A DNA stretch of 64,000 nt, from the sequence record OR142618.1; one strand, 5' to 3'. Position 1 is the first letter of the stretch. Every line of letters starts with the position of its first letter. Under the pieces are notes generated by a model, which saw only the letters and a program-made list of their open reading frames with translations, did no database searches and was not told the origin of the DNA. The position numbers and the translations under genes were made by a program. This document shows, in pieces, positions 1 through 9,507 of the stretch.

Positions 1-2
1 GG

Positions 3-404
3 GAAGTTAATTGGCTAAAATTATATTATTTTAGAGATGAAAACTCAGCATACAAAGGATCTCATAGAAATTTAGCAATTTCTGGAATTTTCCAAACACA
101 ATTCTTGGATCCCACTACTGAATATGTTTCTAGATATATATGGTCGCCTGTTAGGGGTATGGTACGAATAAATCGATATTACGATACATCTATACCTGAC
201 GTTACTATATCGCAAACTACTCATCCTACTTTAATAAAATATGTACTAGGGGCTAATATAAATTCTTTAGAGGATTTATATAATTTTATTCCGTATTATG
301 AAGGAGATCCAGAAGCGACGTATTCTGCTATAGCAAATAATTTTAAAAATGCTAATATAGTGGACGGTTTTGTATTTCCTACAGAAATACAAAAATATAT
401 TTAG
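3..404 (+). CDS. Hypothetical protein, 5'-truncated by window edge
   Basis: Frame is open from position 3 (EVNWLKLYY...) to TAG at 402-404, so the true start lies upstream of the window. Confidence 0.6.
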   Translation, partial: EVNWLKLYYFRDENSAYKGSHRNLAISGIFQTQFLDPTTEYVSRYIWSPVRGMVRINRYYDTSIPDVTISQTTHPTLIKYVLGANINSLEDLYNFIPYYEGDPEATYSAIANNFKNANIVDGFVFPTEIQKYI

Positions 405-411
405 GATTTTT

Positions 412-843
412 ATGTCTAGTTATCAATCACGTTTTGACAAAATTATGTCGTCTATAGACAATACAACTAATATAAAAGTAGACTGGGATGACATAAAAAA
501 CAATGGAACTCAAGCAGAATTTCATAGAAAGCATAAAGGTGAAGTTATATTTGGGTACAACTTTGGCGGAAAATTTTACTATAAACACGGCAATGTAATT
601 AAGTCACTTCCGTATCCCGGTCTAGAAGAGAGTGTATCTTTGCAAGAAAGTAGACCTACTAGATTAATAGACCTTATTTCTAGTATAGGAAAGTGTGATT
701 TTATAAAAGATATAGTTTCTATAAAATCTACAGCCAACGGCATAGTTGCGTTAGTTAGTACAACGGATGGAAATGCATATGAAATAACTCTTATTCCGGC
801 AGAATACTCTACAAAATTTCCGGAAAAAACTAATAAACAATAG
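412..843 (+). CDS. Hypothetical protein (possible head-associated)
   Basis: ORF track 370-843; ATG at 412 follows AGGA and avoids overlap; contains LEES/LQES motifs. Confidence 0.6.
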   Translation: MSSYQSRFDKIMSSIDNTTNIKVDWDDIKNNGTQAEFHRKHKGEVIFGYNFGGKFYYKHGNVIKSLPYPGLEESVSLQESRPTRLIDLISSIGKCDFIKDIVSIKSTANGIVALVSTTDGNAYEITLIPAEYSTKFPEKTNKQ

Positions 844-850
844 AAAAAGA

Positions 851-856
851 TAAATA
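851..856 (+). promoter_or_regulatory. T4-like late promoter core TAAATA
   Basis: GATAAATA upstream of 910; followed by hairpin TACAAAG-GAAA-CTTTGTA; motif recurs before many structural genes. Confidence 0.65.
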
Positions 857-909
857 ACTATAGCTACAAAGGAAACTTTGTATAAATTAATTAATGGAGA
901 ATATTTAAC

Positions 910-1212
910 ATGGTACAAAAAGTACATGGCGGCATCTTAGCAGGTACTAACTTAACTGGTCATCTGCAATATCTAAAAATCGAAGTTGCTAGCGTTGACG
1001 TAAACCCGCAATTACCTAACAGCGTAGCAGAACAAGTATATCGCACTGTTTCTTTAAAATCGACTCTAGTTATTATAGAATTCGATGCCGGTGTAATGCA
1101 TGTTGCTGTAGAAAATGCTGGCGACGGCTGGACCAAGGCAGACCTAGAAGCTGCATTAACTGCTGCTGGCTTGACTGGTACTGTTACTGTAGGTAAGTTT
1201 ACTGTAGTTTAA
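910..1212 (+). CDS. Small putative virion structural protein
   Basis: Strong RBS (GGAGA), late promoter, own terminator; N-terminus MVQKVHG shared with next gene. Confidence 0.55.
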   Translation: MVQKVHGGILAGTNLTGHLQYLKIEVASVDVNPQLPNSVAEQVYRTVSLKSTLVIIEFDAGVMHVAVENAGDGWTKADLEAALTAAGLTGTVTVGKFTVV

Positions 1213-1235
1213 TATAGTTAACTTAAATGAAACTT

Positions 1236-1260
1236 GAAAGGGCTTAATAAGCCCTTTCTT
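1236..1260 (+). terminator. Intrinsic terminator
   Basis: GAAAGGGCTT-AAT-AAGCCCTTTC then TT. Confidence 0.75.
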
Positions 1261-1295
1261 GTTCTTAGTGTGTAGAAAAAACTTTACATATGCGA

Positions 1296-1301
1296 TAAAT
1301 A
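1296..1301 (+). promoter_or_regulatory. Late promoter core TAAATA
   Basis: GATAAATA ending 29 nt before ATG 1331. Confidence 0.6.
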
Positions 1302-1330
1302 CCTATATAATATGTGTATAGGTAATAGCA

Positions 1331-1795
1331 ATGACACAAAAAATTCATGGTACTAGTAGTGCCCAACAAAATCTAACTGCCGATGTACCCTATTTTATTG
1401 TATATGCGCAATCCGATAAGGCATATACTGATCCCGAAAACGCAGAAGGGATAAACATCTTAGTAACAAATAATATACATGATATAAGCCAAAAGAATTT
1501 CGAAATACTTCTTCAAAGTATAGGTCTCAGAGCTATGCCAGTTATAATGAATAATCCTGTTCCTGTTGCTAATTTAGCTGCATATGGTGCCCCTACATTA
1601 ATTGGCGAAGGATTTGTATGGAAATTCGCATGTGAAATGCCGGAAGTGTTTACTAATTATAACCCATATGGTACACCCGGAACAACTGGGTTATTAGTAG
1701 ACGAACTAGATGGTATTATATTGCCGTCAGGTACCATTATAAGAACATATGGGTCGGGTTTAAACATAGAATTTGTGAGATCTTCATTAATATGA
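1331..1795 (+). CDS. Putative virion structural protein, paralog-like to 910-1212
   Basis: MTQKIHG...NLT vs MVQKVHG...NLT; late promoter upstream. Confidence 0.5.
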   Translation: MTQKIHGTSSAQQNLTADVPYFIVYAQSDKAYTDPENAEGINILVTNNIHDISQKNFEILLQSIGLRAMPVIMNNPVPVANLAAYGAPTLIGEGFVWKFACEMPEVFTNYNPYGTPGTTGLLVDELDGIILPSGTIIRTYGSGLNIEFVRSSLI

Positions 1796-2418
1796 ATAAA
1801 ATAAAATTAGAACAAATATTAAAAGAACAATTTGGTTTAAACGAACTAGAATTACGTTCATTTATGAAATATATTTCATTTAAGGATTTTGTGGCATTAA
1901 CTGAGAGTCAAGACCACATAGATTCTGACATTATAAAACATATAGTAGAATCATTAGATAATAGTTATTCTGCTGTAAGGGATACTTCAATTGCACCAAG
2001 TCAACAACAAAAAATTACTGCTGCTGATTTAACTAATTTAAAAGATACTCCTAATTTTAAGAAATTAAAAACTGGTGATAAACTTACAATTGCCAATCCC
2101 GAATCCGGAAATCCTAAAGATGTAACAGTAAAAAATAAAACAATAGCAGGCAATACTATTACTATTAATACTTCCGACGGCGGTTCGATTGTTCAATCGG
2201 GCGATAGTATAATTCCGGTTACTCCTAACATGTCTGCAGACGATGCAACAAAAGAAATCGATCGTATAAAAAAATTAGCCGGTATATCTAACGATTCGGC
2301 TGTAGATGAATCATCATTTATGGCATCTGCTGCTATAAGTGGTGTAGTAACTCCATTAGGTGAAATAAAACGTAGACATAAGAAACCTAAAAAGCCCGGT
2401 CCCAAACCAAAAAAGTAA
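1792..2418 (+). CDS. Putative head/prohead-associated protein
   Basis: Repeated (I/L/V)xE motifs (ILKE, LTES, IVES, VDES), Lys/Pro-rich tail; function inferred. Confidence 0.45.
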   Translation: MNKIKLEQILKEQFGLNELELRSFMKYISFKDFVALTESQDHIDSDIIKHIVESLDNSYSAVRDTSIAPSQQQKITAADLTNLKDTPNFKKLKTGDKLTIANPESGNPKDVTVKNKTIAGNTITINTSDGGSIVQSGDSIIPVTPNMSADDATKEIDRIKKLAGISNDSAVDESSFMASAAISGVVTPLGEIKRRHKKPKKPGPKPKK

Positions 2419-2419
2419 T

Positions 2420-2875
2420 ATGCCTAAAAAAATAAACAAAAAGAAAATATTAGAGACATTTGATGAAGTAATATCATCTACTATACTATCATTAAATGAA
2501 GATGAGTTAGAATTATTAGCAGATAAAAAGAATGAATCTGTATATGGTAGTTATGTAATTAAATATAAAAATGATAAGTGGATAATAGTTAATTCCGATA
2601 CAGCAAGAAAAGAAAACATTTCTTTTAACTTATACAGTACGGCATACTGCTATGCTATGTGTATGGAAAAGAATTTAATAAACGGAAAAAGAAAAGTTCT
2701 AAATTGGGAATCTAGTTACACAAAACATTTAAATGATATAGTTCATTATTCGTATTCTAAACGATTTGCTAATTTAGAAGATACTTGTATGTATGATGAC
2801 AGAATTTCTGTTGCTAAACACAACATAGTTAAGCTAAAGCGCGCAATTAGATCCTTTAGGTTATCTAATAAATAA
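2420..2875 (+). CDS. Hypothetical protein
   Basis: 151 aa ORF coupled to neighbours. Confidence 0.6.
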   Translation: MPKKINKKKILETFDEVISSTILSLNEDELELLADKKNESVYGSYVIKYKNDKWIIVNSDTARKENISFNLYSTAYCYAMCMEKNLINGKRKVLNWESSYTKHLNDIVHYSYSKRFANLEDTCMYDDRISVAKHNIVKLKRAIRSFRLSNK

Positions 2876-2911
2876 TGATAAATATATACAAAATTATAAG
2901 GTAATTTAGCT

Positions 2912-4099
2912 ATGTTTTTGAAAGACGTTAAAATTACAGAATCAAAAAAATTTAAGAAAATAAATTCGATGTTAAAATCGAGTTACGGTGTATCATTATC
3001 TGAGTCGGCGTCTGTCGAAGAACTAGAAAAACTCAAAGAATCTGTTGTAAAATCAATTATTAATAATAGAATCAATAATATTTCTGCATCGTCACCCGAG
3101 CATGCTAAATGCATTTTAATGAAAGAAGGCATTGATACTTTGTTAGAAATGCATAGATCAGTAGATGGTAGGGTAGATTCGGCATCATATAATAATGTAT
3201 TATCTACTCTATTTAAAGATGCAGTAAATTTATTAAAACAAGGCGATGACATAGACGATGCTATGAGATCCACATTAAATTCGTATCGTTCTAGCTCATA
3301 CAGATTTAAAGACGACGATATAGCATTAGATTTAAGAGCTAGATTAGAACATTATTTAAATTCTAACTCAGATGATACTATGTTAACTGATTCGTATGAT
3401 TGGTCAACTGTATCGCAATCTCAACGAGATGCAGCAAACGAATTATTGAAACAAAAAGGAAGTAAATTGGCTGATTTAGAATTAGAGCCATACGGCGACC
3501 GAGCAGACTTTGAACGCCATGGTCGTGAAATATACAAACATCCCAGCCTAACTAAAGGTATTTCAGTGAAAGAATCTAGAAAATTAAATGAAAACGAAGT
3601 AGAACAAGCAGAAGTAGTTATTGCTGCTAAAGGTTTCGGTCAAGAACTGCAAACTATGGTAGAAAAGTTAGGCAGACTTATGAACGAAGACTTAGGTGCA
3701 GTATCTGATCAAATGCGTCAAACTTACGGCGCCGCTACAGCAAATAGATTCCAGTCAGAATTACTTGCTGATTTCAATAGTATAGTAGACACCTTACGCA
3801 GTACAAAAGACCGCATCGATAATGCAGTAGATATGCTTTCTACTGGAAGTACATATACCGATATGGATGGAATAGAAACTGCTGGCACTGATGTCGATAT
3901 GGATGATCAACTAGAAATAGGCGACGATTTAGGACTGGGAATAGAGGATAATTTCGGTGCAGCCGACACTGAAGAACCGTTAGGTCGTTCCATGAAAGAA
4001 TCTAACTCAACAAGAAGTAATAAACTAAAAAAATTATCTGAAAGTTTAGTTTCATTACAGGCATCTATAGATAAATTGAAATCTTCTAGGAAACAATAA
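2912..4099 (+). CDS. Putative prohead core/scaffolding protein
   Basis: Helical, acidic, many xxES motifs (ITES, LSES, LKES, VKES, MKES, LSES); two TAAATA cores at 2869 and 2879. Confidence 0.5.
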   Translation: MFLKDVKITESKKFKKINSMLKSSYGVSLSESASVEELEKLKESVVKSIINNRINNISASSPEHAKCILMKEGIDTLLEMHRSVDGRVDSASYNNVLSTLFKDAVNLLKQGDDIDDAMRSTLNSYRSSSYRFKDDDIALDLRARLEHYLNSNSDDTMLTDSYDWSTVSQSQRDAANELLKQKGSKLADLELEPYGDRADFERHGREIYKHPSLTKGISVKESRKLNENEVEQAEVVIAAKGFGQELQTMVEKLGRLMNEDLGAVSDQMRQTYGAATANRFQSELLADFNSIVDTLRSTKDRIDNAVDMLSTGSTYTDMDGIETAGTDVDMDDQLEIGDDLGLGIEDNFGAADTEEPLGRSMKESNSTRSNKLKKLSESLVSLQASIDKLKSSRKQ

Positions 4100-4414
4100 G
4101 TGAAGATTAAAGATATATTAGTCGAATCAGACGAATATGTAGATAGACTAGAAAGTTCTTTGTTTGATATTATAACGGCAGCAAAAGCTGCCGGTTTGTC
4201 CACTATTAGTACAAAAAGGGTAACAGACAAATTAATTTCTATGGGTTATTCTGTTACACCTGATCAAGTTGTTTCTCAATTAGAAAATGTACCCGGCATT
4301 ACTAGTGTAAATGGGCAAGTCATAACAATAGGTAACACAACAGATATTACTGACAAAGAAGATGATAAGTTTTCTAAAGAAGTATCTAAATTAGCTATGC
4401 AGGATCTAAAATAA
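4100..4414 (+). CDS. Hypothetical protein with MKIKDILVE N-terminus
   Basis: GTG start immediately after previous stop. Confidence 0.6.
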   Translation: MKIKDILVESDEYVDRLESSLFDIITAAKAAGLSTISTKRVTDKLISMGYSVTPDQVVSQLENVPGITSVNGQVITIGNTTDITDKEDDKFSKEVSKLAMQDLK

Positions 4415-4749
4415 TGAGTTGTGGATCTGGATTTATACGTGCTGAAGATGCAAGGATAATGAGTAGAGATAATAAAACTATCTTTACAGAAATATGCGGA
4501 ATTCAGCAAGCAATACTAACAGCAATAGACATGAAGCAACTAAGCGTCTATGTTAAATCGGGTACACCTATAACTAATGACACACTCGATGAAGATTACT
4601 ATAAAGTATTTATGAAACAAAAAACAGATAGGGCCATCACTGATCAGTTCGAATTCATAACACAATACTTTACTGATTTGGGATATGTAATCAAACTTCA
4701 GTTAAATCCTAACACTCAATCTAGCCTTCAGTGGTATATTACTTGGTAA
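4414..4749 (+). CDS. Hypothetical protein
   Basis: 111 aa ORF, TAATG overlap with upstream gene. Confidence 0.6.
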   Translation: MSCGSGFIRAEDARIMSRDNKTIFTEICGIQQAILTAIDMKQLSVYVKSGTPITNDTLDEDYYKVFMKQKTDRAITDQFEFITQYFTDLGYVIKLQLNPNTQSSLQWYITW

Positions 4750-4776
4750 TATACCACTAATTTTCATTGTCTGTTC

Positions 4777-4805
4777 TTGACATATTTATAGCCTTATATT
4801 ATAAT
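4777..4805 (+). promoter_or_regulatory. sigma70 consensus promoter
   Basis: TTGACA-17 nt-TATAAT, perfect consensus. Confidence 0.9.
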
Positions 4806-4812
4806 ACAGGCT

Positions 4813-5478
4813 ATGTTAATACAAAAATTCAATTATACTTTTTGCGATCGTGTAGATTCTCCTGCAGGTAGAAAATACAAAACACCAGACGGAAAATTAT
4901 TGCCTTCTGTTACTACTATATTAGATTTTGTTACCGATAAGTCATTTTTAACCGATTGGCGCGAGAGGGAAGGCGAAGAAAACGCAGCTAAAATAACAGA
5001 GTCGTCTTCATACACCGGAACGCATTTGCACCAAAACTTAGAAAATTTTCTTAACGGTAGTTCCGAAATTAACGGAAATCCTATGGCTAAAATGATGTTC
5101 GGTTTAATTAAACAGAACGGACTGAAACATCTATCAGAAGCATGGGGTACTGAAGTCCCATTATATTATCCCGAATTATATGCAGGTACTACAGACTTGG
5201 TCGGTGTATATAAGGATAAAGAATCAATAATAGATTTTAAAAATGCAAGAAATGTTAGGAAAAAAGAATGGATTGAAAATTATTTTAAGCAATTAGTTGC
5301 ATATGCAGAAGCTCACAACATTATGTATGGAACTAATATAACTACTGGTGTTATACTTATGGCAACACAAACAGGAATGTTTCAGGAATTTATTATAGAA
5401 GCAGATGAATATTCTGAATATAAGAATATGTGGTTTGATGATGTTATGAGATATTATACTGAAGTAGTATTGGCATAA
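4813..5478 (+). CDS. PD-(D/E)XK exonuclease (RecB/Cas4-like superfamily)
   Basis: PSVTTIL, AGTTDLV, IIDFK, QLVAYA motifs. Confidence 0.85.
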   Translation: MLIQKFNYTFCDRVDSPAGRKYKTPDGKLLPSVTTILDFVTDKSFLTDWREREGEENAAKITESSSYTGTHLHQNLENFLNGSSEINGNPMAKMMFGLIKQNGLKHLSEAWGTEVPLYYPELYAGTTDLVGVYKDKESIIDFKNARNVRKKEWIENYFKQLVAYAEAHNIMYGTNITTGVILMATQTGMFQEFIIEADEYSEYKNMWFDDVMRYYTEVVLA

Positions 5479-5509
5479 ATATAATACAAAATAAAATGGA
5501 ATTTTTAGC

Positions 5510-6709
5510 ATGGCCGATCCGTATTTAACACAAGATATAATAGTAGCACGAATAGAAAATAGAAGAGGTCGTCGTGTTAACTTGCCGCAACCACTAAGAC
5601 CGGGAGAACTCGGTTGGTGTATGGATACTAAGCAATTATTTATTGGCGTGTCTGACGAAGATGCAGTAGCAGCCGTTGAATTGTTTAGGGGAGAACCTCT
5701 TGGATCCCAAGATTTAGTTAACCAAACGTTATTACACAATATTTTTACTTTTGTATCGGAGCCAACTACATTAACTGATGCTGAAAAGCAAAATCTAGCA
5801 GAATTGGCTAAATTCCCGCAGCTATACTATGTTTCTGATACTAACAGAGAAAGCATTAATGAATACGAACGAAATATAGAGATTATTCGTAGTGTTAAGA
5901 CGTCTGTACTCCAGTCAACAGGTAGCGCCTCTGATATTAGATATACATTGATGTATTCGTGGACTATTGATTCCTCTGATCAGTATACGTTTAAATTTTT
6001 TGCAGGATGCCAACCGCCTGATTCGTTTAATCTGACAACTATAGCTAACAATTCGTATATTATAGATAATACTGTAAACTCTGCATACAATAACGGTATA
6101 GTAATGGACGCAGGGATATTATTTACTGATACTGTATACGAATCTGCTAGTTTAAGTGTATTAATAAATGAATATATTACTACAGACAGTGACAAAGCAT
6201 ATGTAACTACAAAACAAAACGTAGAAATACTAACAGAATACTTTAAAACTACTAGTAGTACAGATGTAATAGTAAATAGTCCTATAACATACGAATTAGA
6301 GCCTTCTAATTCGTTTACTTTAGTAAAAACTATAGATATAATAAACGGCGGTAACTACGAAACTAGTCCAATGACGTTTGATGGTTCGGTATCTGATACA
6401 TTTAATATAGATTATTCTATAAGTTTTGATGACATGCAAGGTCCGGTTATGGGCAACGATGGCAGGTTTGTTCAAACCGGAACATTAAATATTATTTTAT
6501 CTAAAGGATCAGAAACTGTAGTTGTTTCGGATACATCTGTTGAGCACAGATCTTCGGTGGGATACGACGCTGATGTAGATTTTAGTGGAGAATATGTAGC
6601 ACCTAACACAGTAAATATAACATACAGGCATAATTTTCCGTCGAGGGTACTTCTTAAATTAACTACAAAGCGTTGGATTTCGTGGGATAACGAATCAGTT
6701 CAGAATTAA
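5510..6709 (+). CDS. Virion structural protein with Mtd-N-like N-terminal motif
   Basis: RIENRRG..LP..L.PGELGWCMDTKQLFIG; late TAAATA at 5476-5481. Confidence 0.55.
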   Translation: MADPYLTQDIIVARIENRRGRRVNLPQPLRPGELGWCMDTKQLFIGVSDEDAVAAVELFRGEPLGSQDLVNQTLLHNIFTFVSEPTTLTDAEKQNLAELAKFPQLYYVSDTNRESINEYERNIEIIRSVKTSVLQSTGSASDIRYTLMYSWTIDSSDQYTFKFFAGCQPPDSFNLTTIANNSYIIDNTVNSAYNNGIVMDAGILFTDTVYESASLSVLINEYITTDSDKAYVTTKQNVEILTEYFKTTSSTDVIVNSPITYELEPSNSFTLVKTIDIINGGNYETSPMTFDGSVSDTFNIDYSISFDDMQGPVMGNDGRFVQTGTLNIILSKGSETVVVSDTSVEHRSSVGYDADVDFSGEYVAPNTVNITYRHNFPSRVLLKLTTKRWISWDNESVQN

Positions 6710-6725
6710 CAAATAGAAATAATAA

Positions 6726-7160
6726 ATGACAGATTGGAATAATCTCCGGGCAGATAAACGGATTGCTGCCTGGAGACAGCATAGACTCTCCTTAAAAACT
6801 CTACCCATTAATCAAGCATTACTAGAAATTGCAAACTTTTTTGCAGATATGCCATTAGGACCTAGAACCATTGATTTTTATAATCCTAATACTTGGCCAG
6901 ATCCGTGGGACATTCTTGCTGATATTAAATTTTGTGAAAATTCTATATCATTAATGATGTACTACACTGTTATTTCTGTATTCCCTGATGCAAATATTAA
7001 AATGTATGTTATAGATGATACAGAACAAAGATTTATGGTACCTGTTGTAGATGGTATGGTATTAAATTATTATCCGAGAGATGTAATAGAATTAAATAAT
7101 CTAACAAATATAACTGTAATAGACATTTACAGTAAAGAACACATAAGAGAACTAAACTAA
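6726..7160 (+). CDS. Hypothetical protein
   Basis: 144 aa ORF in operon. Confidence 0.6.
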   Translation: MTDWNNLRADKRIAAWRQHRLSLKTLPINQALLEIANFFADMPLGPRTIDFYNPNTWPDPWDILADIKFCENSISLMMYYTVISVFPDANIKMYVIDDTEQRFMVPVVDGMVLNYYPRDVIELNNLTNITVIDIYSKEHIRELN

Positions 7161-7168
7161 GGAAATAT

Positions 7169-9454
7169 ATGAAAGGGATTTTTGTTATTAAACGTGACGG
7201 TACCAAAGAAGAATTTGATCCAGAAAAAATTCATAAAATTTTATATTGGGCAACCGAGGGTCTAACAGGTGTATCTGTGTCTCATTTAGAAATGAAGGCA
7301 CAATTGCAATTATACCCCGGCATCACAACTGATACTATTCATGAAATTTTAATTGCTGCTGCACATGAATTAATTTCTGAAGAAAGTCCTAATTACCAAT
7401 GGGTTGCAGCAAGGCTTCGACTGTTTCAAATTAGAAAAGAAGCATTAGGTCAGTATGATACCATTCCTGTTTATGATTTAGTACAAAGAAATATCAAATT
7501 AGGATATTATACAAAAGAGCTGTTAGATTGGTATACAAAGGAAGAATGGGATCATTTCGATAATGTAATAGATCATTCGAGGGATTTTAACCATGCCTAT
7601 GCAGGTATGGAACAATTTCGTGGAAAATATTTAGTTCAAGATAGAGTTACTAAGAAAGTATTTGAAACCCCTCAATACCTAAATCTTTTAGTTGCAGCAA
7701 CTATGTTCCATAAATATACAGGAAAAGAACGAGTTGCTATAGTAAAAGAATGTTATGATCTATTAAGTACTGGTGTAATTTCCTTGCCAACACCCATTAT
7801 GGCAGGTCTTAGAACCTCTGTAAAACAATTTAGTTCATGTGTATTAATCGAAACTGATGATAGCTTAGATTCCATAAATGCTACAACTAGTTCTATTGTT
7901 AAATATATTAGTCAAAAGGCAGGGATAGGCATACACGGCGGTCATATACGTGCATTAGGGGCAAAGATAAGAAATGGTGATACAAAACATACTGGCGTAA
8001 CTCCGTTTTATAGAATGTTCCAGGCTGCTGTTAAATCTTGTTCTCAAGGCGGCGTACGAGGCGGCGCCGCTACACTTTCTGCTCCCTATTGGCATCTAGA
8101 AATTGAAACAATTCTTAATCTTAAAAATAATAAAGGAACTGAAGAGAATTCGGTCAGACACATGGATTATTGCATACTGTTTAACAGATTTGCATATTCT
8201 AGATTGTTAGAAAATGGTAATATAACATTATTCAGTCCGAACGAAGTGCCTGATTTACAAAAAGCGTTTTATGATGATCAAAAAGAATTTGAACGTCTTT
8301 ATGTAAAATACGAAAATACTAAGGGAATTATTAAGCATACTATTAGTGCTGAAGAACTATTTGATAAGTTTATAACAGAACGAAAAGAAACTGGCCGTAT
8401 ATATTTAATGAATATTGATCATGCAAATGATCATGGTGCATTTATTCCCGAATTTGCACCGATTAAAATGACAAATTTGTGTACCGAAATTACACTTGCA
8501 ACTAAACCTCTTAAACATGTATATGATGAAGAAGGTGAAATAGCGTTATGTACACTTGCAGCAATTAATTTAGGTTTAGTTAAGAAAAAAGAAGATTTGC
8601 AACGACCTGCCGAAATATTAGTGAGAGGTTTAAACGAGTTACTAGATTATCAAAATTATCCGATTCCTGCCGCAAAAAATTCTACACTTAAATATCGTCC
8701 GTTGGGAATAGGAGTTATTAATCTTGCATATTGGTTAGCTAAAAATAATTTCAAATATACTGATAACAGCGGATTAGAAGCATGGGATGAGTTAATGGAA
8801 GCATTCCAGTATTATTTAATTAAAGCTAGTTCGGATATAGCAAAAGAAAAAAATGCTACAATACCGGGATGGGATAATATAAAATATAGCAGGAATATTT
8901 TCCCTATAGATACTTATAAAACAAGTGTAGACCAATTAGTTAAAAATGTACAAAGAATGCCATGGGATGAACTGAGAGAACAAGTAGCACAATATGGCAT
9001 GTATAATAGTAATTTATCTAGTTTTATGCCATCGGAGACATCTGCGCAAATAAGTAATGCAACTAATGGCATAGAACCGCCCAGAGCATTTATTAGTGTA
9101 AAAGGATCGGGCGAAGGTAGACTTAAGCAAGTGGTACCTGGATTCCCTAAACTAAAGAATAGATACGAATTGTTATGGGATATGAAGAGTTGTACTGGTT
9201 ATTTAAATCTAGTAGCAGTTGCACAGAAATATCTAGATCAGGCAATTTCTACAAATACATTTTATAATCCAGAACACTACGAGAATGATGAAATTCCGAA
9301 ATCAGTAATGATCAAAGATCTGCTATATGCATATAAAATGGGTTTAAAAACACTTTATTACCATAATACATACGATGGTCAAACAGACGACGTAGAGGCT
9401 GATATTTCATCTACTATTGCTGACGAAGAAGATTGCGATTCTTGCAAAATATAA
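7169..9454 (+). CDS. nrdA: Ribonucleotide reductase class Ia alpha subunit
   Basis: ATP cone (VIKRDG), FSSC, NLCTE, TLC, KTLYY, C-terminal CDSC; 761 aa, no intein. Confidence 0.98.
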   Translation: MKGIFVIKRDGTKEEFDPEKIHKILYWATEGLTGVSVSHLEMKAQLQLYPGITTDTIHEILIAAAHELISEESPNYQWVAARLRLFQIRKEALGQYDTIPVYDLVQRNIKLGYYTKELLDWYTKEEWDHFDNVIDHSRDFNHAYAGMEQFRGKYLVQDRVTKKVFETPQYLNLLVAATMFHKYTGKERVAIVKECYDLLSTGVISLPTPIMAGLRTSVKQFSSCVLIETDDSLDSINATTSSIVKYISQKAGIGIHGGHIRALGAKIRNGDTKHTGVTPFYRMFQAAVKSCSQGGVRGGAATLSAPYWHLEIETILNLKNNKGTEENSVRHMDYCILFNRFAYSRLLENGNITLFSPNEVPDLQKAFYDDQKEFERLYVKYENTKGIIKHTISAEELFDKFITERKETGRIYLMNIDHANDHGAFIPEFAPIKMTNLCTEITLATKPLKHVYDEEGEIALCTLAAINLGLVKKKEDLQRPAEILVRGLNELLDYQNYPIPAAKNSTLKYRPLGIGVINLAYWLAKNNFKYTDNSGLEAWDELMEAFQYYLIKASSDIAKEKNATIPGWDNIKYSRNIFPIDTYKTSVDQLVKNVQRMPWDELREQVAQYGMYNSNLSSFMPSETSAQISNATNGIEPPRAFISVKGSGEGRLKQVVPGFPKLKNRYELLWDMKSCTGYLNLVAVAQKYLDQAISTNTFYNPEHYENDEIPKSVMIKDLLYAYKMGLKTLYYHNTYDGQTDDVEADISSTIADEEDCDSCKI

Positions 9455-9459
9455 TATAA

Positions 9460-9483
9460 AAAGGGAACATTGTTCCCTTTATT
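9460..9483 (+). terminator. Hairpin/weak terminator between nrdA and nrdB
   Basis: AAAGGGAACA-T-TGTTCCCTTT then ATT. Confidence 0.55.
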
Positions 9484-9507
9484 ACACACAATATAAGGAT
9501 AACATAC

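Noticed and set aside
4813-5478. CRISPR-Cas locus suggested by the Cas4-like nuclease
   Set aside because: No repeat-spacer array or other cas genes seen; solo PD-(D/E)XK exonucleases are common in phages
5510-6709. Diversity-generating retroelement suggested by the Mtd-N-like domain
   Set aside because: No reverse transcriptase and no adenine-mismatched TR/VR pair; the fibre repeats differ at C/T and a single A/G position without an A-specific pattern
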